Positions 39,831 to 50,638 are shown, counted from the first letter of the stretch. The stretch: 64,000 bases of DNA from an uncultured Armatimonadetes bacterium (GCA_963717145.1 OY970325.1:5219248-5283247); one strand, 5' to 3'. The notes: generated by a model from the letters alone, not told the origin. Numbers and translations: made by a program.

Positions 39831-42827
39831 TTATCGCTGAACCTCCGCGAGGACCGGGGTCATCGGGAGGAGGGTGCGGACCTCCGACTTACCGCCGAGG
39901 CTGAGCAGATCGACGGCCTTGAGGACGGGATCGTCCGGGCTGGTCCGCTCATAGATCACATACCTGCGGGAGATGATCTTCACATTCACCGGCTTGCTGA
40001 GCAGGTCGACGATGTTGATCACCGTGCGGCCATCGATCTCCCCCGCGAGCCACTCGACGCCCCACACGGGCTCGCCGGTATCGGCATCGACCACGCGGAC
40101 TTCGGGCAATGCATGGGCGTCGTCCAGGCGGTTCATGAACGTCGGCCACATATCCTTCTCGGAATCCGCATCATACGGGATGGAGAAGCTCTTCAGCAGG
40201 GTGACTTCCGGCTCGCCGAAGGGACGGCCGTACTGGTCCTTCTGCGGCGCTTGTCCGATCACGATCAGACGGGTCGTCGGGGCGATGCTGATCAGGGCGT
40301 CGAACGCGGCCCTCGGAAGGTGAGTCACCTCCGGGAGGACGATCAGGCTGTAGTCCTTACCCTTGCCCGCCGCGAGCTGCCTCTCCGAGATGAAGTCGAC
40401 GTTCACGCCGCAGAAGTTGAGCGCGGTGTATGCCCTCCCGACCGCATCGGCGTATCCCTGGCTGTGGATCAGCGATGCCATCGAGTAGACGATCGCGACC
40501 GGAGAGTCCGCGTTCTGCAGGGCCGTCACCTCATCCGCGAACCGGTTGAGGTCGAGGCACGTCCGACCGACGGCCTCCGCGCATCCCGGGCGGTCCATGA
40601 CGTTGCCGTAGAACGGTGCCGTCCAGGCGTAGGAGGGATCGTCCCGGTCGGAGGCGCGATCCCAGACCCAGATCGTCGTCGCGCCCTGGCCGTGGATCGC
40701 TCCCTGCCAGAGGGCGGTGCGGAAGTGCTCCGGCGGGACGTAGTTCGTCGAGCCGTCGAGCGTGATATGGTTCTCGGAGTTGAAGATCGGCTTCCGGCCG
40801 ACCGAGCGCTGGAGGTCATAGGCGAGGTTCTGCCCATGCCAACCGAGCGCCCATCCGCCGCCCTCGCGTCCCCAGATGATGCAGTCGTTGCCGTTGATCT
40901 GCGAGAAATCGGCGAACCGCTCGGCATCGATCCCCCAGGCGACATGCGGGCGCTGGAGGAGAGTCCATGCCATGACCTTCGTGTGGATCGGGATGTTCGG
41001 CGCCATCTCGTGGATGATGTCGGCCATCCACTGATGCCAGCCTGCGAAGCGCTCCTGGTTGAAGATGCAGTAGTCATAGAACTGGGGCGCGCCGAAGTCA
41101 CCGTTGCCGGGGAGCGGGACGGACGCGAAGTCGGCGTAGGTCGTTCCGTAGAGCTTGTTCATCGTCGCCACGTCGCGGTGGACGCGCGCGAGGTACTTCG
41201 GCCACATCGCCCTCGTGATCTCGCATCCCTGGCCCCGGTCGAACATCGACTCGTTCGAGAGGCAGAAGCTGTTGAGCGCCGGCTTGTTCCCGATGATCGG
41301 GATGACGGTCCGCATGAACCGCTCCATCACCTGCTTGGCCTCGGGCTCATCGACGCAGAACCCGAGGAATCCGCCGCCGCCCTGACCGAGCTTCGGCCAC
41401 TTGGCCATCGCCCACGCGGGGAAGTAGTGCGGTGAGAGCAGGACGTTCACCATGACGTTGTTCTTCGCGGCGTTGTCGAGCACTTTGGCGACATCCCGCG
41501 CGGCCTTGAGGGAGATCTCGTCCTCGGTCGGGAAGGTGATCGCCGGCCCGACCTCGATCTGAATGATATTCACCCCGTAGCCTGGGAAGCGCGGGATGTC
41601 CTTGCGCACCTGGGAGAAGTGCCCGTAGCCGCAGAAGAAGACCGGCCCGCGGTCCGAGTTCCCCTTCGCATCCTTCCTGTCGCCGATGAAGCTGATGCCC
41701 TCGATCTCGAGCTTGCCTGTCTTGTATCGTCGAGCGGTCGGGACCGTCTTCGGATCGGCGAGGTAGGCCCTCATCTCAGCCATCGCGTTGTCGAGCGAGG
41801 CACTCAGGTCCTTGACGGCGAAACCGGCGCGCCGCTCCTCGCCCTTCACGAGGTCCGTGCGGGTGAGCGGGATGAACTGCTCCAGGAGGGTCTTCGTCGC
41901 CGTGGGATAGTCGAGCGGGATCTTCTTCGCGGCGCACTTGGCATAGAGTGACTTGAAGAGGCCGAACTTCCTCTCGACGGCATCGAGGTCCGCGCTGATC
42001 ACCTTGGGGCTGAGCTTCTCGATCGTGCGGGAGGCGGTGGCGATGATCTTGCTGTCTGCGCCCGATACCGTAACCTCGCACTGGAGATTCCTCACCGCAT
42101 CCTTGCCGGTATTCCATTGCCATTCGATCGAGTTCTGCCCCGGTTTGAGCTTCTCTATTCCCTGGAAGAGCGTCGTCTTTCCGGCAACGACGGACGCCTC
42201 GATTATACAGCCCTCCGGCGCGGAGTCGATTGCGACCGCGAGGAGCGCCGGCTTGTCGTCGCCCTGGACTTGCCCGGGGATGATCACCGATCCCTCGAAG
42301 CCGCCGCCCCTGAGAGGCATTCCGACGGGCCGGAGAGAGATGTCATCGATGGCGAGTTCCTTGCACACATTGACGATGTTGATCCCGATGTTGACGCCGG
42401 TCTGCCCGTCGCCGGCCTTGAAGCGGACCGAGACGCGCCGCCAGTCGTAGGTGCCCGCCGGGAGGTCCAGCGTGTACGTGCTCCAGTCGGTGAAGTGGAT
42501 GCCGGTGGCGACTCCCTCGCCGCGGACCCAGACGCTCAGCTCGTACTCGATCCCCGGTAGAACCCCGACTCCCTGATAGAGGCGGGCGTAGACCTCGGGC
42601 GCGAGACTGCTCCTGTTCACGAAGACGAGGCATCGCTCGCCGGAGTGCGGGTTGGTGGTGCTGGAATGGTAGCTCGCATCGGCGCGGGTGTACCATCCCC
42701 AGCCGGGCGAGTCGTTGCCGGGAGCGACTTCCTCGAAGCCGGGGTTGTTGATCGTCGGAACGAGCGCCGATCCGGTGCAGGGAGAGATCAGGGCGATGCA
42801 GAGCAGGATGACGGCGAGACAGCGCAT
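39831..42827 (-). CDS. Large secreted carbohydrate-active protein (N-terminal CBM-like beta-sandwich domains plus a TIM-barrel glycoside-hydrolase-like core)
   Basis: Signal peptide MRCLAVILLCIALISPCTG. NPGFEE...W...Y motif resembles a carbohydrate-binding-module fold. About 1000 aa. Family is uncertain. Confidence 0.5.
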   Translation of the reverse strand: MRCLAVILLCIALISPCTGSALVPTINNPGFEEVAPGNDSPGWGWYTRADASYHSSTTNPHSGERCLVFVNRSSLAPEVYARLYQGVGVLPGIEYELSVWVRGEGVATGIHFTDWSTYTLDLPAGTYDWRRVSVRFKAGDGQTGVNIGINIVNVCKELAIDDISLRPVGMPLRGGGFEGSVIIPGQVQGDDKPALLAVAIDSAPEGCIIEASVVAGKTTLFQGIEKLKPGQNSIEWQWNTGKDAVRNLQCEVTVSGADSKIIATASRTIEKLSPKVISADLDAVERKFGLFKSLYAKCAAKKIPLDYPTATKTLLEQFIPLTRTDLVKGEERRAGFAVKDLSASLDNAMAEMRAYLADPKTVPTARRYKTGKLEIEGISFIGDRKDAKGNSDRGPVFFCGYGHFSQVRKDIPRFPGYGVNIIQIEVGPAITFPTEDEISLKAARDVAKVLDNAAKNNVMVNVLLSPHYFPAWAMAKWPKLGQGGGGFLGFCVDEPEAKQVMERFMRTVIPIIGNKPALNSFCLSNESMFDRGQGCEITRAMWPKYLARVHRDVATMNKLYGTTYADFASVPLPGNGDFGAPQFYDYCIFNQERFAGWHQWMADIIHEMAPNIPIHTKVMAWTLLQRPHVAWGIDAERFADFSQINGNDCIIWGREGGGWALGWHGQNLAYDLQRSVGRKPIFNSENHITLDGSTNYVPPEHFRTALWQGAIHGQGATTIWVWDRASDRDDPSYAWTAPFYGNVMDRPGCAEAVGRTCLDLNRFADEVTALQNADSPVAIVYSMASLIHSQGYADAVGRAYTALNFCGVNVDFISERQLAAGKGKDYSLIVLPEVTHLPRAAFDALISIAPTTRLIVIGQAPQKDQYGRPFGEPEVTLLKSFSIPYDADSEKDMWPTFMNRLDDAHALPEVRVVDADTGEPVWGVEWLAGEIDGRTVINIVDLLSKPVNVKIISRRYVIYERTSPDDPVLKAVDLLSLGGKSEVRTLLPMTPVLAEVQR

Positions 42828-43285
42828 TACGGGCCTCCGCAAGGTGGAAAGGTATGCCCTAAGATACCCGTGCTGAGGCGCACTTGTCAAATATTATTGG
42901 GCAGCGACATGAGTCGATGGAAGATCCAGAACATGCATTCCGCCCAGCCGGTCCGCATATCTGTAACCTAGAGCAGGCCCTGCCAGTCCCGCTTACGCCA
43001 TCGTGCCGCTGCCCAAACTTAGTGTGCCGGTCCATCAGTCGAACAGACATACTGACGCACCGACAGTCTGACATACTGAAATACTGTGAATCTCTGCGGG
43101 TGGTGGATAGCCACCGTCTTCGGCGCAACCGCTGTCCGGAACGGTCTGGTGCTACCCAATCAAGGGGTAATGATTCTCGTATCGCAGCCATGGCGATACC
43201 AAGCACTAAGAGTATACCCTAAACCTACTAACTTGTCAACAATGCATCAACGCTGACGGCAAGTTTTTTCGCCGATCGGCATACT

Positions 43286-43924
43286 CTATTCCGAAGCGTC
43301 GGCGTCCTTTCGGCGAGACGGATCTTTGCCCACTGTCGACATGAATGCCTTGTCTGCTGCGATGATCTCCTCAGCCACCTGTCGCATCGTCTTGTTCTGA
43401 TTCCTGCACTTGAGCGTCAAATGCGAGTGTGCGGCGGCTTCGCTGAGTGAGACTCGCTCCATGAGTATCGACTTCGCGCGCTCGGTGAGCTTTCGGACCT
43501 GAAGCGCCGTTTTCGTATCGGCTGCTTCCTTCCGCAGTTCGGCGAACTCGATCGCTCGCTTGGCGGCGATCGCGATATTAGCCGCCAGAGCCTCTTTGGT
43601 GACCGGCTTGAGCAGATAGGTGAAAGCGCCGGCCGCGATCGATCCTTCCACGAATTCCGGATCGCTGTACGCGGTCAGTATCACCACCCCGACATCGGCT
43701 CGCCGCACAATGTCGCGCGTGGTCTCGATGCCGTCCATGCCGGGCAGCTTGACGTCGATGACGGCGACGTCCGGCCGAGCTTCTTCAAGCAGTGACAGTG
43801 CTTCTTCCCCGCCCCGCGCCATCGCCACTACCTCGTGGCCCGAGTCTTCGATCATCGAGCGGATCCCTACTGCGACCACCGGCTCGTCCTCAATAACCAT
43901 TACGCGTAACCTCATTGTCTGCAC
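43286..43924 (-). CDS. Response regulator with receiver and ANTAR RNA-binding antiterminator domains
   Basis: Receiver: VMVIEDEP, VAVIDVKLPGMDG, LTAY. ANTAR: KAALQVRKLTERAKSILMERVSLSEAAAHSHLTLKCRNQNKTMRQVAEEII. Confidence 0.8.
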   Translation of the reverse strand: MQTMRLRVMVIEDEPVVAVGIRSMIEDSGHEVVAMARGGEEALSLLEEARPDVAVIDVKLPGMDGIETTRDIVRRADVGVVILTAYSDPEFVEGSIAAGAFTYLLKPVTKEALAANIAIAAKRAIEFAELRKEAADTKTALQVRKLTERAKSILMERVSLSEAAAHSHLTLKCRNQNKTMRQVAEEIIAADKAFMSTVGKDPSRRKDADASE

Positions 43925-43937
43925 TCCTTTCGCAGTG

Positions 43938-46406
43938 TCAGAACTCTATGCGAGCGAGCGTGCCCGGCTCGGATCTCGAGATGCTGAACTTGCCGTGCAG
44001 CCCGTGCTCCACGAGAGACGAGACCAGCCCGAGCCCCGACTTCGCCTTGCGAGGCGTGTTGAAGGTCTTGGGCAGGCCGACTCCATCGTCTGATACTTCC
44101 ACCACAGTCATTGTGGGGCTGACTGAGACTCTGATCGCGATCTCTCCGGAGTTCCTGCCCGCCAGTCCGTGTTCGACGGCATTACTCACCAGTTCGTTTG
44201 CTATCACCCCGATAGCGACTGCCGTATCAGGAGAGAGAGCCCGGTCACGACCTTCCACGGTGACGCGGACATCTTCGCTCCGACCGGCAGCAGCCACTGC
44301 CGTCTGCGCGACTTCGGTCAGCAGCTTCTTTAGCCGCACTCCGGATGCCAAGTGCTTTGGTGTCAGCAGCGAATGGACCGTAGATATGGCGCCGATCTGG
44401 CCCATGCACCTCTCGAGCGCCCTCGTGCTCTGCTCTCCCTCTTGAGAGGAGATGCTCAGCAAGCCTGCGATAGTCTGGAGGTTGTTCTTGATGCGGTGCT
44501 GCATCTCCCTGCCGAGGACCTCGAGTTCGAGCGTTCTGGCATGCTCGGCGCCATACAGCCTTGCGTTGGCGACGGCGATCGCCAGATGCTCGGCGACCGC
44601 CTGCAGTATCGAGCCCTCCCTTCGTCCGAAGACGTCTTCCTTCTGAGACCAGATCTTGAGCAGGCCGGTCACCGTGCCCTTATATATCAGCGGGGAAACG
44701 GCGACCATTCCCGAGGTGATCTCGCGCTCCTTGTGCTCTATTCGGTAGCTCTGCATCTCACTTGATTTGGCCCAGGAGTGCATCTCATACGTGGCCTTGA
44801 AGGTGCGAAAGTGCTGCTGGGTGAGCTTCTTGCGAGTGTGGACGAGTTCGCTCCCGCCCTCGAAGGAGTATACGTCCGCAATCTGATTCCCGCCGAATAC
44901 GACGAGACAGACATCGTCGCAGTCGATAAGCTCTCGCAGTCCCGCCTGGCAGGCGGTGAATATGCTGGGCACATCGAGGCCGGAGTTGATGGAGAGCGCC
45001 ATGCGTTCGAGCATCGCCAATCGGTTTGCCCTGTCCGCCACTTCACCCTGGAGTATTGCATTCTCGATCGCTGCGCCGAGTATGCGCGAAGCCAGGTCGA
45101 GAAACTCGATCTGCTCCACCGATAGCTCGCCGGAAGGCGGGCCCGCGAGGCCGATGCATGCGTGCTGGCCCAGCATCGATCGGAGGCGCACCAGTGCGAA
45201 GGACTTGACGCCTATCTCCAGCACGCTTGCCCGCACGACCTCATCCAGCCGCTGATCGGTTGCTACATCATCGATGATCTTCACGGATTCCGCCTCGGGA
45301 CAGACAGCATCCAGACTTGCCAGGATGTGCTCGGGGGCGATCATGATCCCCCCACCGCCTATAAGCGCAGATGCCATGTACTCGGTCCCGTCCGCGCTCA
45401 CCGCGATGATGCCTCCACTGGAAAGGCCGAGGAACGCGAGGATCTGCTCCATTGCTGCTCTCAGCGCATCGTTGATGCTCTCGGCCCTGGACAGGGTCAG
45501 CACTATGCTGCTCAGCACTGCAAGCGCCTCCTGTCGGGCCTGGAGTTTCTCGCGCAGTTGCATGGTCTCGGTAACATCCTTGGCGATGCCCATATAGCGC
45601 ACTCCACCGCCGACATTCAGCCTTTCTCCCCTAACCGCGATGTGACGCTGGCTGCCATCCGGGAGTATCAGGCGATACTGAATGTCCGTCATGGGCACGC
45701 CCTGCTTGGAAAGATCACTCAGGATCGACTGGCACCGCTCGATGTCCTCGGGATGGACGATCTCGGACATGTGCATTCCATAGACGTTGTCCGGCTCCGC
45801 TCCCATCGTCGCTCGGATGGACGGGCTCACATACGTGTGGAATCCAAGCTGGTCTATGGCGAACATGAACTCCATGGAGTTCTCGACCATGGCCTGGTAG
45901 TCTTCGGGTGTGAGAGCGTCGGCCTGGGGATACTGCAGGAAGGTACTCGCTATCCTGCAGGTGATGCCGGAGACTCCGGCGTCATTGAGATTGGGACTGA
46001 GAAGTATGACCCGACGCTCGGGCTCGGGGTGGAAGAGCATGACTGCGTTGCGATAGACGGAGAACCCGCTCGGAAACCGGCCGCCCGACAGGATGGTTTC
46101 GCACGCCTGGAGAGCCTCGGACGGATCGAGGCCGGCTATGGACTCGGGGAGCGACTTGCCGATGAGGTCGCCGAGACTCGTGGTTTGGACGGCGCGTGCC
46201 GGCCCGACGCAGGCGGATTCCCGCGCGTCTGTAATCTTGAGGTTCTTGTCTGCAATCAGGAGTACCTGTGCGGAGAGAACCTTCTCCATGGAAGCGTCTC
46301 CAATATCTCCAGTGCAGGGCAGGTCTGCATGCTCATTATACCGCATCTTTCGAATTCCGGCTAGACAAAAGCAAATGTGCCGGCCCGTCATGAGACAGGC
46401 CGGCAC
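43938..46406 (-). CDS. Multi-sensor (PAS/GAF) histidine kinase of the HisKA_2/HWE type
   Basis: H-box EMQHRIKNNLQTIAGLLSIS. ATP-binding region NELVSNAVEHG. Cotranscribed with the ANTAR regulator. Confidence 0.75.
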   Translation of the reverse strand: MPACLMTGRHICFCLAGIRKMRYNEHADLPCTGDIGDASMEKVLSAQVLLIADKNLKITDARESACVGPARAVQTTSLGDLIGKSLPESIAGLDPSEALQACETILSGGRFPSGFSVYRNAVMLFHPEPERRVILLSPNLNDAGVSGITCRIASTFLQYPQADALTPEDYQAMVENSMEFMFAIDQLGFHTYVSPSIRATMGAEPDNVYGMHMSEIVHPEDIERCQSILSDLSKQGVPMTDIQYRLILPDGSQRHIAVRGERLNVGGGVRYMGIAKDVTETMQLREKLQARQEALAVLSSIVLTLSRAESINDALRAAMEQILAFLGLSSGGIIAVSADGTEYMASALIGGGGIMIAPEHILASLDAVCPEAESVKIIDDVATDQRLDEVVRASVLEIGVKSFALVRLRSMLGQHACIGLAGPPSGELSVEQIEFLDLASRILGAAIENAILQGEVADRANRLAMLERMALSINSGLDVPSIFTACQAGLRELIDCDDVCLVVFGGNQIADVYSFEGGSELVHTRKKLTQQHFRTFKATYEMHSWAKSSEMQSYRIEHKEREITSGMVAVSPLIYKGTVTGLLKIWSQKEDVFGRREGSILQAVAEHLAIAVANARLYGAEHARTLELEVLGREMQHRIKNNLQTIAGLLSISSQEGEQSTRALERCMGQIGAISTVHSLLTPKHLASGVRLKKLLTEVAQTAVAAAGRSEDVRVTVEGRDRALSPDTAVAIGVIANELVSNAVEHGLAGRNSGEIAIRVSVSPTMTVVEVSDDGVGLPKTFNTPRKAKSGLGLVSSLVEHGLHGKFSISRSEPGTLARIEF

Positions 46407-46436
46407 AGAAGATCTCTCAGGACCATCCGGTCCGCG

Positions 46437-47444
46437 CTATTCCTCTTCGATCATCTGGTCGTAGAAGCCCACATAGTCGTGCGGGTTGTCGCCGGATCTC
46501 ATCTTGATCGCCGTGCGGGGATGCATGTTCATCTGCCCGGTTATCATGTACGGGATCTTGTAGCCCCACTCCATGTCGCCCGCTTGCTCGAGCGGAAGGA
46601 AGACGTCCTGGATGCACTTCAACACCGGCCGAAGCTGGAACTTGGGATTCTTCAAGAATCCGAGCAGCAGTTCGAGCGGGCAGTTCCCCGCGCCTCGGCC
46701 CATCCCGTTGATCGTCGCATCGAGCCGGTTCGCGCCGACGATCAGCGACTCGAGCGTGTTGGCATAGGCGAGCATCTGATTGTTGTGCGCGTGGATGCCG
46801 ATCTCGATATCCTTGCCCTCGACCGCCGCCAGGAATTGCAGAGTGAGGTCCCTGATCTGCTCCGAATAGTAGGATCCGAAGCTGTCGACGATATAGATCG
46901 CGCACAATGGCTGGTTCGACAGGATTTCGAGCGCCTCGCCGAGTTCACGCTCCTGCACCGTGGATATCGCCATCAGATTGACCGTCACGCGGTAGCCTTT
47001 GTCGTGCGCGTCTTTGATCATGTCGAGGGCCGTTGGAAGCTGGTGGATGTAGGTCGCGACCCGGACGATGTCGATCACGCTCTCGGACTTCGGGAGGATG
47101 TCATTGTGGTAGTCGGTCCGCTCGGCGTCGGCCATGACCGCGAGCTTCAGGTCGGTCGGATTGTCGTCCACGATGCGCCGCATGCAATCCTCGTCGCAGA
47201 ACTTCCATTTGCCGTGCTCCGAGGGCGCAAAGATCTTCTTGTCGGCTTTGTAGCCGAGTTCCATCGCGTCGATTCCGGCGGCAACGCAGGTATCGTACAC
47301 TGCCTTGACGAATCCATCCTCGAAGCCGTGATCGTTGATGAGGCCGCCGTCTCGAACGGTGCAGTCCAGAATCTTGATTTCGGGTCTGTATGTCAACCAG
47401 GTGCCCTTTGCCAACTGGTCTTTGACATGCTCCATTTTTGCCAT
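46437..47444 (-). CDS. HMGL-like aldolase / pyruvate carboxyltransferase-domain protein (4-hydroxy-2-oxovalerate-aldolase-like)
   Basis: ILDCTVRDGG, IVDSFGS, IHAHNNQMLAYANTL and GMGRGAGNCPLE motifs. Confidence 0.7.
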   Translation of the reverse strand: MAKMEHVKDQLAKGTWLTYRPEIKILDCTVRDGGLINDHGFEDGFVKAVYDTCVAAGIDAMELGYKADKKIFAPSEHGKWKFCDEDCMRRIVDDNPTDLKLAVMADAERTDYHNDILPKSESVIDIVRVATYIHQLPTALDMIKDAHDKGYRVTVNLMAISTVQERELGEALEILSNQPLCAIYIVDSFGSYYSEQIRDLTLQFLAAVEGKDIEIGIHAHNNQMLAYANTLESLIVGANRLDATINGMGRGAGNCPLELLLGFLKNPKFQLRPVLKCIQDVFLPLEQAGDMEWGYKIPYMITGQMNMHPRTAIKMRSGDNPHDYVGFYDQMIEEE

Positions 47445-47620
47445 AGTGCTCTCCTGCCAATCGAATGTTAAGAATACGTCATATATTCGCACAAAACGCC
47501 GGTTCTGTCAATACCGAGAAACGGGAGACCTTAGACTTTGGACCTTGGACCGGCCACCCGGATCGTGGGAACTAGAGTCCAACGTCTAGGGTCTAGGATC
47601 TACCGCCACGGAGGAATCGC

Positions 47621-49105
47621 ATGAATGTCGATGACAACCTGAAGCTCTTCTACGAGAAGCTGAAGGAGATGTACAATCTGCAGTGCATCGAGGCGCTGCT
47701 CGGATGGGACCACCAGGTCTACATGCCGCCGCAGAGCGCCCAGGCCCGGGCCGACCAGCAGGAGTATATCTCGTGCCTCGCCCACCAGCGGGCGACCGAC
47801 CCTGAGTTCTGTCGGGTGGTGGATGAACTCGCCGAGGCGCGTGAGAGCCTCTCGGAAATCGATCAGGTGAACGTTCGTGAGATCAAGAGAGGACTCGACA
47901 TCGAGCGGAAGCTCCCCGAGGATTTCGTGGCGGAATTCGCGCAGGCCTCCTCGACCGGTTACAGCATTTGGGCAGAGGCGCGCCCGAAGAACGATTGGTA
48001 TGCCGTCGAGCCGGTCCTGGAGAGGATCTTCCAGTTATCGAAGCGCAGGGCGGATCTCGTCGGCTACGAGGAGCATCCCTACGACGCGCTACTCGACATC
48101 TTCGAGCCCGGCATGAGGCTCTCACAGGTCAAGCCGCTCCTCCTTGATCTGGCCGACCAACTCAAGCAGATGATCCCACCGATCGCCGAGAGATTCAGCG
48201 GCGAGGGAAAGCTCAAGGGCCACTTCGATAAGGACTGCCAACACCGGTTTGTATCCAAGGTCGCGAGCGATCTCGGCTTCGACTTCCAACAGGGACGGCT
48301 CGATACGACCGCGCATCCCTTCATGACGTCCATCGGCCCGCATGACTTCCGGATCACGACTCGCTACAACGAGGGCAACTTGCTCGCCGGGCTGTACGGA
48401 ACTATGCACGAAACCGGCCACGCCCTCTACGAGATGGGCCTCCCGAAGGAGCGCGCCGGCACTCCGAGGGGTGAATCGGTGTCCCTCGGGATCCACGAGT
48501 CGCAATCGCGGTTCTGGGAGAACCTAGTCGGCCGGTCCCGCGAGTTCTGTGGGCACCTGATCGGAGTAATGAGGGAGTTCTTCCCGGAGCAGACCGGTGC
48601 ATTGACCTGCGACGACCTGTGGAAGCGCGTGAACCAGGTCGAGCCGAGCCTCATCCGCGTCGAAGCGGACGAGGTCACGTACAACCAGCACATCGTGATC
48701 CGCATGCTCCTGGAGGAGCGCCTTATCACCGGCGACCTGAGCGTATCCGATCTCCCCGGCGCGTGGGATGACCTCTACGAGGAGTACCTGGGCGTCCGAT
48801 CGCCCGACGCGAAGGACGGCGTGATGCAGGACATGCACTGGTACACCGGCGGGGTCGGCTACTTCCCGACGTATTCGCTCGGGAACCTCTACGGCGCTAT
48901 GATGATGCAGACGGCCCGTGAGGCGCTCCCGGATATGCCGCGTCAGATCGAGCGCGGGGAGTTCGCACCACTACTCGCCTGGCTGAGGACGAACGTCCAC
49001 CAATACGGCATGACGTTTCGCGCCGCCGACCTGATTCGCCATATCACCGGGCACGACCTCAGCGATCAGCCGTTTGTCGAGTATCTGAGAGCCAAGTTCA
49101 TGTAG
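47621..49105 (+). CDS. M32 family carboxypeptidase (carboxypeptidase Taq-like)
   Basis: HETGHALYEMG zinc-binding HExxH in M32-typical context. 494 aa. Confidence 0.8.
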   Translation: MNVDDNLKLFYEKLKEMYNLQCIEALLGWDHQVYMPPQSAQARADQQEYISCLAHQRATDPEFCRVVDELAEARESLSEIDQVNVREIKRGLDIERKLPEDFVAEFAQASSTGYSIWAEARPKNDWYAVEPVLERIFQLSKRRADLVGYEEHPYDALLDIFEPGMRLSQVKPLLLDLADQLKQMIPPIAERFSGEGKLKGHFDKDCQHRFVSKVASDLGFDFQQGRLDTTAHPFMTSIGPHDFRITTRYNEGNLLAGLYGTMHETGHALYEMGLPKERAGTPRGESVSLGIHESQSRFWENLVGRSREFCGHLIGVMREFFPEQTGALTCDDLWKRVNQVEPSLIRVEADEVTYNQHIVIRMLLEERLITGDLSVSDLPGAWDDLYEEYLGVRSPDAKDGVMQDMHWYTGGVGYFPTYSLGNLYGAMMMQTAREALPDMPRQIERGEFAPLLAWLRTNVHQYGMTFRAADLIRHITGHDLSDQPFVEYLRAKFM

Positions 49106-49138
49106 TGTCCGACCGGTCCGACATCCAAGGAGGTACCA

Positions 49139-49903
49139 ATGAGCCCATTTGTTGCAGGCCGCGAGTTCCTCAAGGCCCACGTGTGGAAGGAGTTCAGCGA
49201 CCAGAAGCTTGTCACCGGCCAGAGTATGGGAGCGCCCAGACCTGATCCCGAGAAGCCGTTCCCGAGCGACGCCCGGCTGATCGACCTCGTCGATCCCGCC
49301 GACTTCACGGTTGGCGACGTCCCGATCAAGGACGTCATCCGCCGCAGACGAAGCCGGCGGAAGTTCACAGACGAGGCGCTGTCACTCGAAGAGTTGTCGT
49401 ACCTGCTCTGGGCGACCCAGGGCGTTACGAAGGCCGCGAACCTCCGAGACGGTGTCCTCACGTACCGGACGGTCCCGGCGGGAGGCGCGCTTCAGCCGTT
49501 CGAGACCTACCTGGCCGTCAACCGGGTCACCGGCGTCGAAGCGGGCCTGTACCGATACCTCCCGATGGAGCACAAGCTGCTCTTCATGCGCTCGGATCCC
49601 GATCTCATGGAGAAGGCTGCCCTCGGGTGCGCCGGTCAGGACTTCGTGGCGACGAGCGCGGTCGTCTTCATCTGGACGTGTCTCCCGTACCGCAAGGAAT
49701 GGCGGTATTCGGTCGCCGCGCACAAGATCATCGCCCAGGACTCCGGCCATCTCTGCCAGAACCTCTATCTCGCTGCCGAGTCGGTCGGCGGCGGGACGTG
49801 TGCGATCGGGGCATACTTCCAGGAGGAGATGGACACCCTTCTGAGCGTCGACGGCGAGGACGAGTTCACCATCTACGTCGCCCCGGTGGGGAAGGTCGGG
49901 TAG
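49139..49903 (+). CDS. SagB/ThcOx-type nitroreductase-fold dehydrogenase domain protein
   Basis: RRSRRKF, LSYLLWATQG and GHLCQNLYLAAESVGGGTCAIGAYF motifs. Confidence 0.7.
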   Translation: MSPFVAGREFLKAHVWKEFSDQKLVTGQSMGAPRPDPEKPFPSDARLIDLVDPADFTVGDVPIKDVIRRRRSRRKFTDEALSLEELSYLLWATQGVTKAANLRDGVLTYRTVPAGGALQPFETYLAVNRVTGVEAGLYRYLPMEHKLLFMRSDPDLMEKAALGCAGQDFVATSAVVFIWTCLPYRKEWRYSVAAHKIIAQDSGHLCQNLYLAAESVGGGTCAIGAYFQEEMDTLLSVDGEDEFTIYVAPVGKVG

Positions 49904-49976
49904 TGAGCAGTAAATGGTGAACGGTGAGCAGTGAGTTCCGAGACCGTTCACCGTTTACTGCTTACCGTTCACCGGC
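49904..49976. repeat. 72-bp palindrome between two convergent genes (bidirectional-terminator-like)
   Basis: TGAGCAGTAAATGGTGAACGGTGAGCAGTGAGTTCCGAGACCGTTCACCGTTTACTGCTTACCGTTCACCGG. Confidence 0.75.
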
Positions 49977-49977
49977 C

Positions 49978-50439
49978 CTACTCCGCCCAGTGGAAGCACG
50001 AATCCCCGAGCAGCGTCTGGATGTAGTTGATCTGGCCGTCGTGATAGGTCATGTGGCTGATCGGCAGGAGGATCGCCTCTCCGATCCGGAACTTCGCGCC
50101 CCAGGGCATCGTGACCTCCCTGTCCAGGTCGGCCTCGCTCAGCGAGTCGAGTACCAGGCAAGCCTTCTCGGCGCTCTCGATGACCAGCTTCCCGAGCGCT
50201 TCCAGGGTCGTCGCCTGATCCACTCGCTTGTTGAACTCCTCATCGGGCGCCGCACATGCGATGGCGACTCCGAGCATGACATTGCTCCGCGCGATCTCGG
50301 CGAGGATATCCTTGGCGGTTTTCGCACATCCCGCCGGGCAGAAGCAGAACTTATCCTCGGGTATGTACTTCGCGTCCTTCACGATAAGTTCGGCCTGGCG
50401 CATCGTCCCGCCCTTAGCCATCTCGATGATCGAAGCCAT
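49978..50439 (-). CDS. DinB/YfiT-like metal-dependent four-helix-bundle protein
   Basis: Conserved His positions (HMTYHDGQINYI) and length 153 aa. Family assignment is moderate. Confidence 0.55.
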   Translation of the reverse strand: MASIIEMAKGGTMRQAELIVKDAKYIPEDKFCFCPAGCAKTAKDILAEIARSNVMLGVAIACAAPDEEFNKRVDQATTLEALGKLVIESAEKACLVLDSLSEADLDREVTMPWGAKFRIGEAILLPISHMTYHDGQINYIQTLLGDSCFHWAE

Positions 50440-50462
50440 TCTCTCTACCTCCTTCAGAAATC

Positions 50463-50638
50463 CTACTCATACTCATACTCATACTCATACTCATACTCAA
50501 TCCGGGGCGAAGCATTGGCGATTCTGTCCCGAAGTCGGCGCAGTCCGAAGGGCCAATGCTTCGCCCCTACATCCTGGGCGGAGAACTGGCGATTCTGTCC
50601 CGAAGTCGGTACAGTCCGATTGGCCGATGTTTCGCCCC
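50463..50638. repeat. (ATACTC)6 microsatellite followed by two tandem copies of an about 65-bp palindrome
   Basis: CCGGGGCGAAGCATTGGCGATTCTGTCCCGAAGTCGGCGCAGTCCGAAGGGCCAATGCTTCGCCCCTAC, then a variant copy. Confidence 0.8.
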
